Origin: an archaeon
GTDB lineage: Archaea; Iainarchaeota; Iainarchaeia; Iainarchaeales; CSSED10-239
NCBI GenBank assembly: GCA_029557995.1
Contig: JAKQHQ010000009.1
Location: forward strand, 1 to 37,256
DNA: 37,256 nt
Direction: 5' to 3'
The position numbers and the translations under genes were made by a program. Positions 17,697 through 26,309 of this stretch are shown here, piece by piece (positions within the stretch are counted from its first letter, which is position 1; each line of letters starts with the position of its first letter). The notes beneath the pieces are model-generated. The model searched no databases, was not told the DNA's origin, and was given only the letters and a program-made list of their open reading frames with translations.

Positions 17697-18176
17697 ATGG
17701 TAAGAGTTCTTGACTTTAAGACAAGGGAAAAACTTGTTAATCATGCCCATTCAAGATATGGGATAGACAAGTCCTTTTTTGAGAACTACTTGTTTGCAAT
17801 TTCTGGGGCATCTGTCTCAATGATCTGCTCAGATAAGAAAGACAAGGTAATACAACTGTTGAGGAGTGGTCTTGTAAGAAGTATTGGCATTGAATTGTTC
17901 TCGGACTATAGAGATTATACCCCATCATCACTTGGCTTTGGAGTGTTCAAGCCCTGTCAGATTAAGACAAACTTTGCTATACTGGATAGGGGCTTGGCGC
18001 AAGCCTACTTTAATGACAAGGAAATACAAGTCAAAGAAGTCAAAGACAAAAAATTGCTTTCAGCTGGTTATGTTGCCTGCATCTACTGCAACTATGTGAT
18101 AGGCACTGCAAGGTATGACAAAGAAAGGGAGGTCCTTGTGCCAAACCTAACATATGTTAACAAAAAAATCAAGTGA
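17697..18176 (+). CDS. PUA-like / Nip7- or RsmF-C-terminal-like RNA-binding protein
   Basis: The track ORF 17670..18176 overlaps the methyltransferase. The internal ATG at 17697 lies 2 nt after the upstream TGA. The layout by eye (N-terminal helical part, C-terminal GYVACIYCNYVIGTARYD) resembles pre-PUA plus PUA modules. The assignment is tentative. Confidence 0.4.
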   Translation: MVRVLDFKTREKLVNHAHSRYGIDKSFFENYLFAISGASVSMICSDKKDKVIQLLRSGLVRSIGIELFSDYRDYTPSSLGFGVFKPCQIKTNFAILDRGLAQAYFNDKEIQVKEVKDKKLLSAGYVACIYCNYVIGTARYDKEREVLVPNLTYVNKKIK

Positions 18177-19055
18177 CTATCTTTTCTCTTTTAAGAAACT
18201 CTTTCACTTTCTGGAAGACAAGCTCGTAGTCAGTGCCAAGTAATAAGTTGTGCCCAGAGTTTTCAAGCATGAACAGCTCCCTATCGTTTGAAGAGATGTT
18301 ATCTATGATTTCCTTTGCATTGCTTAGCGGGATTAGAGAGTCCATTTTGCTGTGAATAACTAGGATATCTGAGTCAACAACAGATATCTGGGTTCTGACA
18401 AACTTCACAAGCTTGAATATCTCCTGTATGGCCGCAAACGAAATCTCCTCGTAAGTATCCACAAATGCTAGCATCTCCTTGTTGTGCCCTGTAAACTCCT
18501 TGCTTATTTTTTTGTAAATGTCATTTACTATGTATCTTATCTTCTCGCCAGTGCTCGCTGAAAGATGTGGCTCTTTCTTGGATATCTCCTTGACCTCAGA
18601 GATTACCATTGCAAGGCTTAGGTTGCTTCTCTTCCAGCCGGCTAATATTATTTTCCCAAAATCAGGGCTTAAAAAATTGATAGGGGCTGACAGAGTCACA
18701 AGCTTGTATGGCTCTTTTTTTGTGGCTAAATACAAGCAAATTGTGCCACCCATGGAAAAACCCAATAGCACTACCTTGCTATATTCCTCCAAAAGCCTGT
18801 TGTATATCTTTTCTGAAAAATCAAGCCAGGTAACGTATTTCTGCCTTGAAAAGTCCTCTATGTTTGTCTTGTGCCCTGGCAGGATTGGGCATATATGTCA
18901 AAGTCGTTCTTAAGGTAATCAAAAAGTGGCTGGAACTCAACAGGAGATGCAGCAAAGCCATGTATCATTAGGATTGCTATTTCCCTGTTGTCACTGCCTT
19001 TGCAGTAATAGCCCTTGTTTAGGTAATTCTCTATGGCTTGAAGCATAATACCCAC
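18169..19055 (-). pseudogene. Alpha/beta-hydrolase (esterase/lipase-type) interrupted by a frameshift
   Basis: Two track ORFs are halves of one enzyme. 18858..19055 encodes the N-terminus (AILMIHGFAASPVEFQPLFDYL). 18169..18792 carries the nucleophile elbow VVLLGFSMGG and a C-terminal ...NSGHNLL His region. The downstream frame is already open from ~18893 and reads ICPILPGHKTNIEDF. Confidence 0.7.
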
Positions 19056-19089
19056 AAAAAAAGTTGTTCTTTTTATAGCCCAGGAAATA

Positions 19090-19164
19090 TGGGAGAGGCA
19101 GGATTCGGACCTGCGGCCTCCCGATTATCAGTCGGGTGCTCCAACCAGGCTAAGCTACACTCCC
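19090..19164 (-). tRNA. tRNA-Ile (anticodon GAU)
   Basis: Reverse complement folds as GGGAGTG-TA-GCTT-AGCCTGGTTG-GAGC-A-CCCGA-CTGATAA-TCGGG-AGGCC-GCAGG-TCCGAAT-CCTGC-CTCTCCC-A. Confidence 0.88.
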
Positions 19165-19209
19165 AGTATATATCTTTAGGCTAAGTAATTTATTTAAAAG
19201 TACCACAAG

Positions 19210-19282
19210 TAGTCCGGAAGAGATTTGAACTCCTGTCGCAAGGTCCAAAGCCTTGCATGCTTGGCCACTACACCACCGGACT
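19210..19282 (-). tRNA. tRNA-Gln (anticodon UUG)
   Basis: Reverse complement folds as AGTCCGG-TG-GTGT-AGTGGCCAA-GCAT-G-CAAGG-CTTTGGA-CCTTG-CGAC-AGGAG-TTCAAAT-CTCTT-CCGGACT-A. The A1:U72 pair is typical of archaeal tRNA-Gln. Confidence 0.88.
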
Positions 19283-19360
19283 ATGAAATGTAGCTAAAAG
19301 GATATATATCTATAGCACAGTTATTTTTATAAAGAGAAGCAATTAAAAAAAAAGAAAAAA

Positions 19361-19609
19361 CTATTCAATCTCAATTATTTCCGGTTGCTGGTCACTAAGC
19401 CCAGAATCAATCTGGTTTAGCTCTTCTATGTCTGCGTTTAGTCCTGATTGATTGGATTGATTAGTGTTGTCTAGGTCTGGGCTTTCCTGACTAGCATCGC
19501 CTATGTCTTGCTTAGCTGTACCATTATTTCCACTTAGAATTATACACACACAAACAATCACAAGCACCAGAACCAAAAACCCAGCAATGATTAATTGTTT
19601 TTTATTCAT
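19361..19609 (-). CDS. Small membrane-anchored protein with an acidic, low-complexity ectodomain
   Basis: 82 aa. N-terminal transmembrane segment LIIAGFLVLVLVIVCVCIIL, followed by a D/E/Q/N/S-rich tail. It lies 15 nt downstream of the coiled-coil gene on the same strand. Confidence 0.5.
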   Translation of the reverse strand: MNKKQLIIAGFLVLVLVIVCVCIILSGNNGTAKQDIGDASQESPDLDNTNQSNQSGLNADIEELNQIDSGLSDQQPEIIEIE

Positions 19610-19624
19610 TCAATTCACCAAATT

Positions 19625-21424
19625 TCATTTATTCAACTCACTCTTTAATTTTCTATATTCCTCAATCACATTGTTAATCTCAGAAATGGATGATTGCTCT
19701 GTCAATGTGTCTACCTTTTCAGTCAACTGCTTTGCCTTTTCGTTTAGCTCTACATTGCTTGGAAAGTGCTTCTTGATTATGGAGCCTAGCTTGTGCGTGC
19801 TTTCGTATAATGTTGCTCTTTTGTTTTGGGCAATTGCCTTAGTTTCGGTTTTCCTTGCCTCATTTATCGACTTTTTTACATCGTCAGGTGTCATGGCAAG
19901 CTCAAGATTTGACTTGTTTAGCTCCAGCTCTGCAATTCTCTTGGTTAAGCCATCAATTATGCTTTGCTTTTGCTCGGTTGCTATGCTCTGTTCTGACTCA
20001 ATACGTAATATCTTCTCTTTTAGTTCTGCGATTCTCTTGTCTAAGATTTCTCTAGTGTGGATAAACAACCTTTCAGAGTTGCTTGCCAAAACCTCTGCCT
20101 TCCTTTCCTGCCCTGCATTTTTGTATTCCACTTTAAACTCCTCAATGCTTGGCTTTACTGCAGTGATTGCCTTGTCTGTTTCAATGATATCCCCCTGTAA
20201 GTCGGATATCTGAGTTTTGTATGCTGATGTCTTTGTTTCCCTGCCTGTAGCGCCTGAGCCACAAATTTTTTGTTTTAGATAGTAATTGTCTAACTTTGCC
20301 TTAAGCTCATAGATTTTTGCCTTGTCTGTTTCAGCCAAAAGCTGTTTTTTTAGATCCTCTATTGCTGTAATTATTTCCTGGTCTTGGCACAAATCTAATT
20401 GTGGTATCTCGCAATGCTTATTAATGGAATCTATCTTTTCTAGAATCAAAATGTGCTGTTCTTTAGCTTCTTGATATTTGGTTAAAAACTCGTTATTTAT
20501 CTCCCTACTGTCTGATGCCTTAAGATATTCTTCTTGTATTGTAGTCATCTCTTTAACCAACCTTTGCTCTTCGGTTATTAGCTTGTCTGGGACTGCGCAA
20601 TCTTTATTTTTCGTGTTTGCTATATTCTGTGTCTCCCCACAAACCTTCAACAGCTCTTGCTTTCTTTCGTTTAGAGTGCCTATCTGCTCTAAATCTGGAC
20701 TGTTGCTTTGCTTTAGTTCTCTTATCTTTGCAATTTCTAGAGAAAGTTCTGTATAGGCAAGCTTTGCCTTTGCCCGTTCGTCATTACAGCTCTCAGATAC
20801 GGTTTCTGGGATTGCAATTATGCTCCTAGACAATGCGTCTGGGTCAACAGACAAGATATCGCTTGCTACTGATGAGGTGCTTGGGATAGCGCCTGCCTTT
20901 GAATCAATAGCAAGCCTTTCTTCAATCATATTCTTGGTTGCCTGCGCCTTTGAGGAGTTGCCTATTGCTGATACCATCATATTCGCTGTTATCTTGCTTG
21001 CAACTTTCTGGTTTAGGCATCTTAAAAAGTCCTCTCTTGCCTTTAGATATAGCGAATGCTTTGTGTTGTAATCAGCCAAAAGTGGCTTTAGTTGTGCCTC
21101 ATACCTTTCAGTAATCTCTTTAACCATGGAGTTAATCTCCAAGATTTCCTGCTCACACAATTCTCTGTCTACTTCTATAGAATCTGCTATATGCTCTGGG
21201 CAGGGCGCAAACTCGCAGTTTAGCTCAGGACGCCTGGAAACAGCAGTGCCATCTGGGCACATCATAACTTCCATAGTGCATACAACATCACCAGCATTGA
21301 CAGACGCATGTACCAATAAATCATCTGTTGGTTCCTGTGCATAAATTGTTCCTAAAATACAAAAACAAAGCACAACAACCATTCCAATCTTTGAGCCTTT
21401 ATTCATAAACTTATATCCCTCCAT
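19625..21424 (-). CDS. Secreted long coiled-coil protein with a Cys-containing N-terminal module
   Basis: 599 aa. Signal-like MNKGSKIGMVVVLCFCILGTIYA-QEP (probable start at the second Met, ~21406). It then has VVCTMEVMMCPDGTAVSRRPELNCEFAPCPEH, followed by ~500 aa of heptad-like K/E/L/I-rich sequence. Confidence 0.6.
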   Translation of the reverse strand: MEGYKFMNKGSKIGMVVVLCFCILGTIYAQEPTDDLLVHASVNAGDVVCTMEVMMCPDGTAVSRRPELNCEFAPCPEHIADSIEVDRELCEQEILEINSMVKEITERYEAQLKPLLADYNTKHSLYLKAREDFLRCLNQKVASKITANMMVSAIGNSSKAQATKNMIEERLAIDSKAGAIPSTSSVASDILSVDPDALSRSIIAIPETVSESCNDERAKAKLAYTELSLEIAKIRELKQSNSPDLEQIGTLNERKQELLKVCGETQNIANTKNKDCAVPDKLITEEQRLVKEMTTIQEEYLKASDSREINNEFLTKYQEAKEQHILILEKIDSINKHCEIPQLDLCQDQEIITAIEDLKKQLLAETDKAKIYELKAKLDNYYLKQKICGSGATGRETKTSAYKTQISDLQGDIIETDKAITAVKPSIEEFKVEYKNAGQERKAEVLASNSERLFIHTREILDKRIAELKEKILRIESEQSIATEQKQSIIDGLTKRIAELELNKSNLELAMTPDDVKKSINEARKTETKAIAQNKRATLYESTHKLGSIIKKHFPSNVELNEKAKQLTEKVDTLTEQSSISEINNVIEEYRKLKSELNK

Positions 21425-21518
21425 TTAAAGTATTTATAGTAAATTAATTAAAATATATTATTTATTAATTAAAGTAATATTAATATTTAATAAACAACCT
21501 AAATAAAAATATATAGTT

Positions 21519-22703
21519 TTAATCTATCTTTATTAAATTTAAGATTTCCTTGTAAAACTTCAGGAATTTAGGGTAGAATACAAGTGGGGGGGCCATCTTA
21601 CTTGGGTAGTCCATATTCCCAAAATTGTTTAGGAAGTCCTCAATACCTGCGTCTTTTAGATTCTTTAAAAGCTCGTCAAACTCGTAGGGCGTCTTACTAT
21701 ATATATATTTTCTTATCTTGTAATGCAACCTTAACTCAGAAATACTTCTTTTTAGGTTTTTGCTGTAGTTGTTTATATTCTTGAATTTCTTAAATCTGTC
21801 TGTTAGGGTTGTAGCTGCAATCTCAGCGCTTTTCAGCCCAAAGATTAAACCTCCGCCACTAGTGGCTTTCACAAAATAACCAGCATCCCCCACAAGCAAC
21901 CTGTTCTTGTAAATGTAACTGTCAAGCGGTTTGGATATTGGAATCAACCCAGAGCATAGAAAAGAGGTGTTTGAGAGTTTTAGCTCAGAGACTTGAAGGA
22001 ATAACTCCATTGCCTTTTGTGGGTTGTTGCCAAGCCTTGTGCCGATACCTACCTTTGCTGTAGTTGCAGACTCTGGAATCACCCATGCAAAAAAACCATT
22101 GGCAAACTCCCCAAAATACATGCTCACCATGTCTTTTTTAAAGTCGCCATTTGCTATTAACTGATAGGTGCTTACAAAATCAGGGTTGTCTTGCTTTTCA
22201 GGGAAGCTTTCCCTAACAATTGAGTTAGGACCATCTGCCCCAATCAGGTAATTGTAATCTATGTTGATATGACGATCTCCCCCAGACACGCTAACAATAA
22301 CGTAATCCTCGTCAACACCAACAACAGAATGCCCGTAGAGTATCTCCACACCAACATTTTTTGCAAGTTTCTCTATTTCTTTGTCAAAACCTTGCCTGTC
22401 AATGACTAGCGTCTGGAACTGCTTGGTCCTTACTTGCAAGAGCGTGCCATTTGGACCGAAAATATAGGCACCCCTAACCCTATTTTTAGTAAGCTTATCA
22501 ATGTCAATGAAAGGCGCAAGCATTAACTCATTTATCCCCTTGATAGAAACATGCCCACTACAGCAGGACGATTGGTTTTCAGTTTTTGACTCCAAAACTG
22601 TTACCAAGACCCTTGGGTTAAACCTTTTAATTAGATAGGCACAATATAGACCAGTCGGACCACCGCCAACAATCACAACCTTTGTTTCTAATCCTTTTAT
22701 CAT
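21519..22703 (-). CDS. Geranylgeranyl reductase-family FAD-dependent oxidoreductase
   Basis: 394 aa. VVIVGGGPTGLYCAY (FAD dinucleotide fold), SCCSGHVS (Cys in the position of the GGR catalytic Cys), LIGADGPNSIVR, and LLVGDAGYFVKATSGGGLIFG. Confidence 0.8.
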   Translation of the reverse strand: MIKGLETKVVIVGGGPTGLYCAYLIKRFNPRVLVTVLESKTENQSSCCSGHVSIKGINELMLAPFIDIDKLTKNRVRGAYIFGPNGTLLQVRTKQFQTLVIDRQGFDKEIEKLAKNVGVEILYGHSVVGVDEDYVIVSVSGGDRHINIDYNYLIGADGPNSIVRESFPEKQDNPDFVSTYQLIANGDFKKDMVSMYFGEFANGFFAWVIPESATTAKVGIGTRLGNNPQKAMELFLQVSELKLSNTSFLCSGLIPISKPLDSYIYKNRLLVGDAGYFVKATSGGGLIFGLKSAEIAATTLTDRFKKFKNINNYSKNLKRSISELRLHYKIRKYIYSKTPYEFDELLKNLKDAGIEDFLNNFGNMDYPSKMAPPLVFYPKFLKFYKEILNLIKID

Positions 22704-22706
22704 TTG

Positions 22707-25700
22707 CTATCTTTTTTTTATCGCAGAAAGTATATAATCGTAATTTTCCTGGAATGTGTCTGGGGATTGCTGCTTTTTTGTGTCATCTTCTGACTCGTCT
22801 TCGCTTTTCTCGCTACCCTTGTTTTCTCTGATTAAACCTAAATATTTAGCCATGTCTGCCTTGGCGTCTGGCTTAACCACCACTTTTGTTGACTTGTTTT
22901 TATGGGTAACGATTGCATTTATTATTAACAATACGATTATGAACAACACGATTATTGAGATAAGGTAGATAAAAACGTCCTTGTCAACTGTTTTTTTAAC
23001 AATTATTTTCTCTGTACTGACATTGCCGTCTAAAACTATGCTTGGAGTAAAGTTGTTTTTAATCACATTGTATTTAGTTACAGAATCCACATCAGTTACT
23101 GGTTTTATAAACCTATATGTTAACTCCTTTGTACCATTTGCTGGTATTGTTGTAACAAAACTTACCACTGGATCCTTATTCAAGGCAGATACCATCCCTG
23201 TGAAAGACAAATCCTCAATGTCAGTTGAAAATGACTTTGGTATATCCTCAATTACAGTTATTGTTCTTGCGGAACTGCTAGTGTTTTTTAAAATCAGAGT
23301 GACAGAAAAGAATTTCTGGGTGCCAATCTTGGTAATATCAAAGTTTCTTGTTATAGATATGCTTTTTGTTGCGTAAAGTGTATTGGTGTCTCTTAAGATG
23401 TTTGCATCGTTTACTGTACCTGTAGGAAGAACTGTGTTAGCATCATAAACTGTCTCTGCTACCTTGTTTGTGGTTTCAATTGTAATTGGTGGTAATTTTT
23501 GGTTTATCTCCTGCACAAGCTCTTTTGCAAGCATATATTCCTCCTTAGCACCGGAATAATTGGAGTCTGAAAACAACTTGTCACCATCTGCTTTACTTAC
23601 CTTTGCAAAATCCAATTTTGTCTGAACTGTAGTGTCCAGTGTGCTTAGTAATCCTAACGCAAGGAATAGCTCAAAATCACTTTCAATTTGCGGAAGGTTT
23701 GTATCAAGCTCTTCCTTTAATTGCGTAGCTAAAACCATGTCTTCGTCTATGTTGTCAACAACTATTGTAAATTCTTTCGTGACATAGTTTAGGGCTGTGT
23801 CATAGACAGTTATAGTTATCAACTTATTACCATCTGGTATCGCTGAGAAATCATAGACACAATTGAAATTTGTGTCTGCCTTGCTTTTCAGGCACAGCTC
23901 ATCTGCATTGTTTAGAAGGTACTGCACCCTATAGATATCTTGTGGGTAACCAGTTATCTTAAACTCAAATATCGCGCCTTGCACTGTGTGCTCGTGGTCA
24001 AAGCTTGGAAGGTTGGTGTCAATAACAAACTCTAATTCTGAGGTTGATGTCTCGTTGCTATTGTTCTTTGCAATGATTCTAACCACGCCAGTTCCAGATT
24101 TTGTAAAATTGAAATCACTCTCGCCTGTTCTTGTGGAATTGTCATAGGTTGTCCCAAGAGACACAAAGGAGTCCGCCCCTTGTTTTACGCTTACTTGCGG
24201 AGCTAACAATAAGGACTCATCGCTAACATATTTTATTGTTTTTAGACCAGCGCCAACATAGATTATGTCATTGATGTCGTTAGATGGAGTTATTGTTATG
24301 GTTAAGTCAGCCCCAATCTTCCTTGCACTAGCGACAACTACTGACGAAAGGGCTGATTCATTTCCAACCTCATCTGTCGCACTTACCCTGTAATATATGT
24401 TACAATCCTTATTTAATGTGTGGAGGTAACTTGTGTCATCTGTCTCAAAAAATGGTGATGATGATGTCACATCATTCTCTAGGGAATAATACAATTTATA
24501 GGTGATATCAGAGTCTGTGTTCTCGTCCTCAGATTCATTCCATGAGATTCTTACAGCCCCACTTGATTGGGTTGTAGCTTTAACATTTGTGGGGACTGTT
24601 GGCGCAACATTGTCGTAATAAATCTCAGAGCTACAAATTGATGTTCTATCTGTGTGCTCCTTGCTTCTGACCCTTGCATAGACCATCTTTTCCTCACTAT
24701 ATGAATTACAACCGTTTCCTGAGGTTATGTTAAATGTATTTGTGTCCATGCCCTCATAGCTTGAAAAAGAAATGCCATTGCAACTGAATGCAACTTCATT
24801 GACATCATTGGAATAGCTTATGTCAATAGTCACTGTTGGGGTTTTCGTAAAATCATTACCATCATTTATCGTAATGTCACATTCTGGTCCTGTCCAGATG
24901 GACTGCACATTGGCATCGCTAATGTTCCCTGCCTTGTCAACTGCAACCAAGCTGTAGGAAAGGGTTTCATCAAGCTCTTTCTCTGAATTATCCTCGCACT
25001 CATAGGTTGTTGTATCTGCTACGCAAATCAAGTTGGATGTGTCCCTGTAAACCCTGTATTCCTTTAACCCAGAGCCAGAATCCGTGGATGCACCAGCGCC
25101 CCAGGAAATTGTGACGTTTTTGTCCCTATCCTCTATTTCCAAGTTGTTTTTATTTGGCTTAGTGGGTGGTGTGCCATCATATATTATGTTAAAATCATAG
25201 AGATAGCTATTATCTACATTATCATTTGCATCAATTGCCACCCTGAATACATTCCCATCCTCAACAGTGTAGCCAACCAAGCGTTGACTCATCTCGGACA
25301 TGGATACAAAAAAGCTTGAGCCAAGCAATGTGCCATAGTTGAAGTTGCCATTTGGGAGTGTAATTGTCATGTTGCTACCCTGTTTTATCCCTGAGGCATC
25401 TCTTAAGGTGACATTTAAATCAAAGACATTCTTGTCTGTATAGATTTTGTTGTTATCTATTGCCCCAAGATTTACAGATAAGAGCGTAGGAGCGTTGTTA
25501 TCAATGTAAATTAGCTTTTTTTTGGGAAGAACATCTGCTGGTGCACAATAGTTCCCAGCAATATCGTTAGCATCAACCAATAAATAATAATTACCGTCAG
25601 GTATGCCCTCTGAAATCGTGTGGATTACCCTATATGAGATTGTGTTTGCATCTGGATATTTCTTTGTAAATGAGGTTGCATAGTCGTTGACTGCTGAGAC

Positions 25701-26204
25701 CTGCACAAGATAGACAATAAATTTGTCAATATATGTTTTGTTGTCATCAAATAATGTGAAATTTAGGTTTATATCCCCTGAATAAAACGGCTCATAGAAG
25801 CCACCAAGTGGGGTTATTGTTAGTGTTGAATCGTTGTTTGGCTGGACACTGTCCATAACTATTGAATCGCTTATGGTGTTGCTAATGTCAGAAATCACTA
25901 TGTCATCTTCAGGGTTTGAAATAATCGTTGGGATATTGGCATCAAGGGAGGACTGCGTTGCAGATAAGGAAACGATTGCTGTGTGACTAAGATTGGAATA
26001 AACATTAAAATCCACTCCAGTTGCATCTTTGTTTGACTTTATTTTGACAAGCGTTGGATAATTGTCTGATTTCACTGTAAACTGGATTGCCTGTGTTTTA
26101 TTGATGTAATCCCCTGTAGTTATTGTAATCTCTGTAACCTCTGCAAAGACAGTTGATGTCATTAAAACCATTGCCAAAAGCAAAAGCATTTGTCTTGTTC
26201 TCAT
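22707..26204 (-). CDS. Large cell-surface protein (S-layer/adhesin-like) with FN3-type domains and a C-terminal membrane anchor
   Basis: 1165 aa. Signal peptide MRTRQMLLLLAMVLMTSTVFA. Two FN3-like modules (PPTKPN...VTISWGAGASTDSGSGLKEYRVYRD; APTVPTNVKATTQSSGAVRISWNES...YKLYYS). Many N-x-S/T sequons. A beta-sandwich-like region (FSVTLILKNTSSSARTITVIEDIP). A transmembrane helix VFIYLISIIVLFIIVLLIINAIV and a short acidic cytoplasmic tail. Confidence 0.7.
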   Translation of the reverse strand: MRTRQMLLLLAMVLMTSTVFAEVTEITITTGDYINKTQAIQFTVKSDNYPTLVKIKSNKDATGVDFNVYSNLSHTAIVSLSATQSSLDANIPTIISNPEDDIVISDISNTISDSIVMDSVQPNNDSTLTITPLGGFYEPFYSGDINLNFTLFDDNKTYIDKFIVYLVQVSAVNDYATSFTKKYPDANTISYRVIHTISEGIPDGNYYLLVDANDIAGNYCAPADVLPKKKLIYIDNNAPTLLSVNLGAIDNNKIYTDKNVFDLNVTLRDASGIKQGSNMTITLPNGNFNYGTLLGSSFFVSMSEMSQRLVGYTVEDGNVFRVAIDANDNVDNSYLYDFNIIYDGTPPTKPNKNNLEIEDRDKNVTISWGAGASTDSGSGLKEYRVYRDTSNLICVADTTTYECEDNSEKELDETLSYSLVAVDKAGNISDANVQSIWTGPECDITINDGNDFTKTPTVTIDISYSNDVNEVAFSCNGISFSSYEGMDTNTFNITSGNGCNSYSEEKMVYARVRSKEHTDRTSICSSEIYYDNVAPTVPTNVKATTQSSGAVRISWNESEDENTDSDITYKLYYSLENDVTSSSPFFETDDTSYLHTLNKDCNIYYRVSATDEVGNESALSSVVVASARKIGADLTITITPSNDINDIIYVGAGLKTIKYVSDESLLLAPQVSVKQGADSFVSLGTTYDNSTRTGESDFNFTKSGTGVVRIIAKNNSNETSTSELEFVIDTNLPSFDHEHTVQGAIFEFKITGYPQDIYRVQYLLNNADELCLKSKADTNFNCVYDFSAIPDGNKLITITVYDTALNYVTKEFTIVVDNIDEDMVLATQLKEELDTNLPQIESDFELFLALGLLSTLDTTVQTKLDFAKVSKADGDKLFSDSNYSGAKEEYMLAKELVQEINQKLPPITIETTNKVAETVYDANTVLPTGTVNDANILRDTNTLYATKSISITRNFDITKIGTQKFFSVTLILKNTSSSARTITVIEDIPKSFSTDIEDLSFTGMVSALNKDPVVSFVTTIPANGTKELTYRFIKPVTDVDSVTKYNVIKNNFTPSIVLDGNVSTEKIIVKKTVDKDVFIYLISIIVLFIIVLLIINAIVTHKNKSTKVVVKPDAKADMAKYLGLIRENKGSEKSEDESEDDTKKQQSPDTFQENYDYILSAIKKR

Positions 26205-26309
26205 TTGTCTAACACATTTTAATTGTTTATAATAATATATATTAGGTTATATATTTAAAAAATTTTGCCTTTTAGAGTATTTATGACAATTCAATTTTTA
26301 TGATAATTT

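Noticed and set aside
21350-21424. While hand-translating the 5' end of ORF 19625..21424 I obtained two compensating one-base discrepancies at line-break positions, which would imply a broken N-terminus
   Set aside because: The supplied ORF track, computed from the sequence, reads through cleanly (MEGYKFMNKGSKIGMVVVLCFCILG...). Flanking anchors at 21344 and 21519 are in register. I attribute this to my own base-counting error, not biology.
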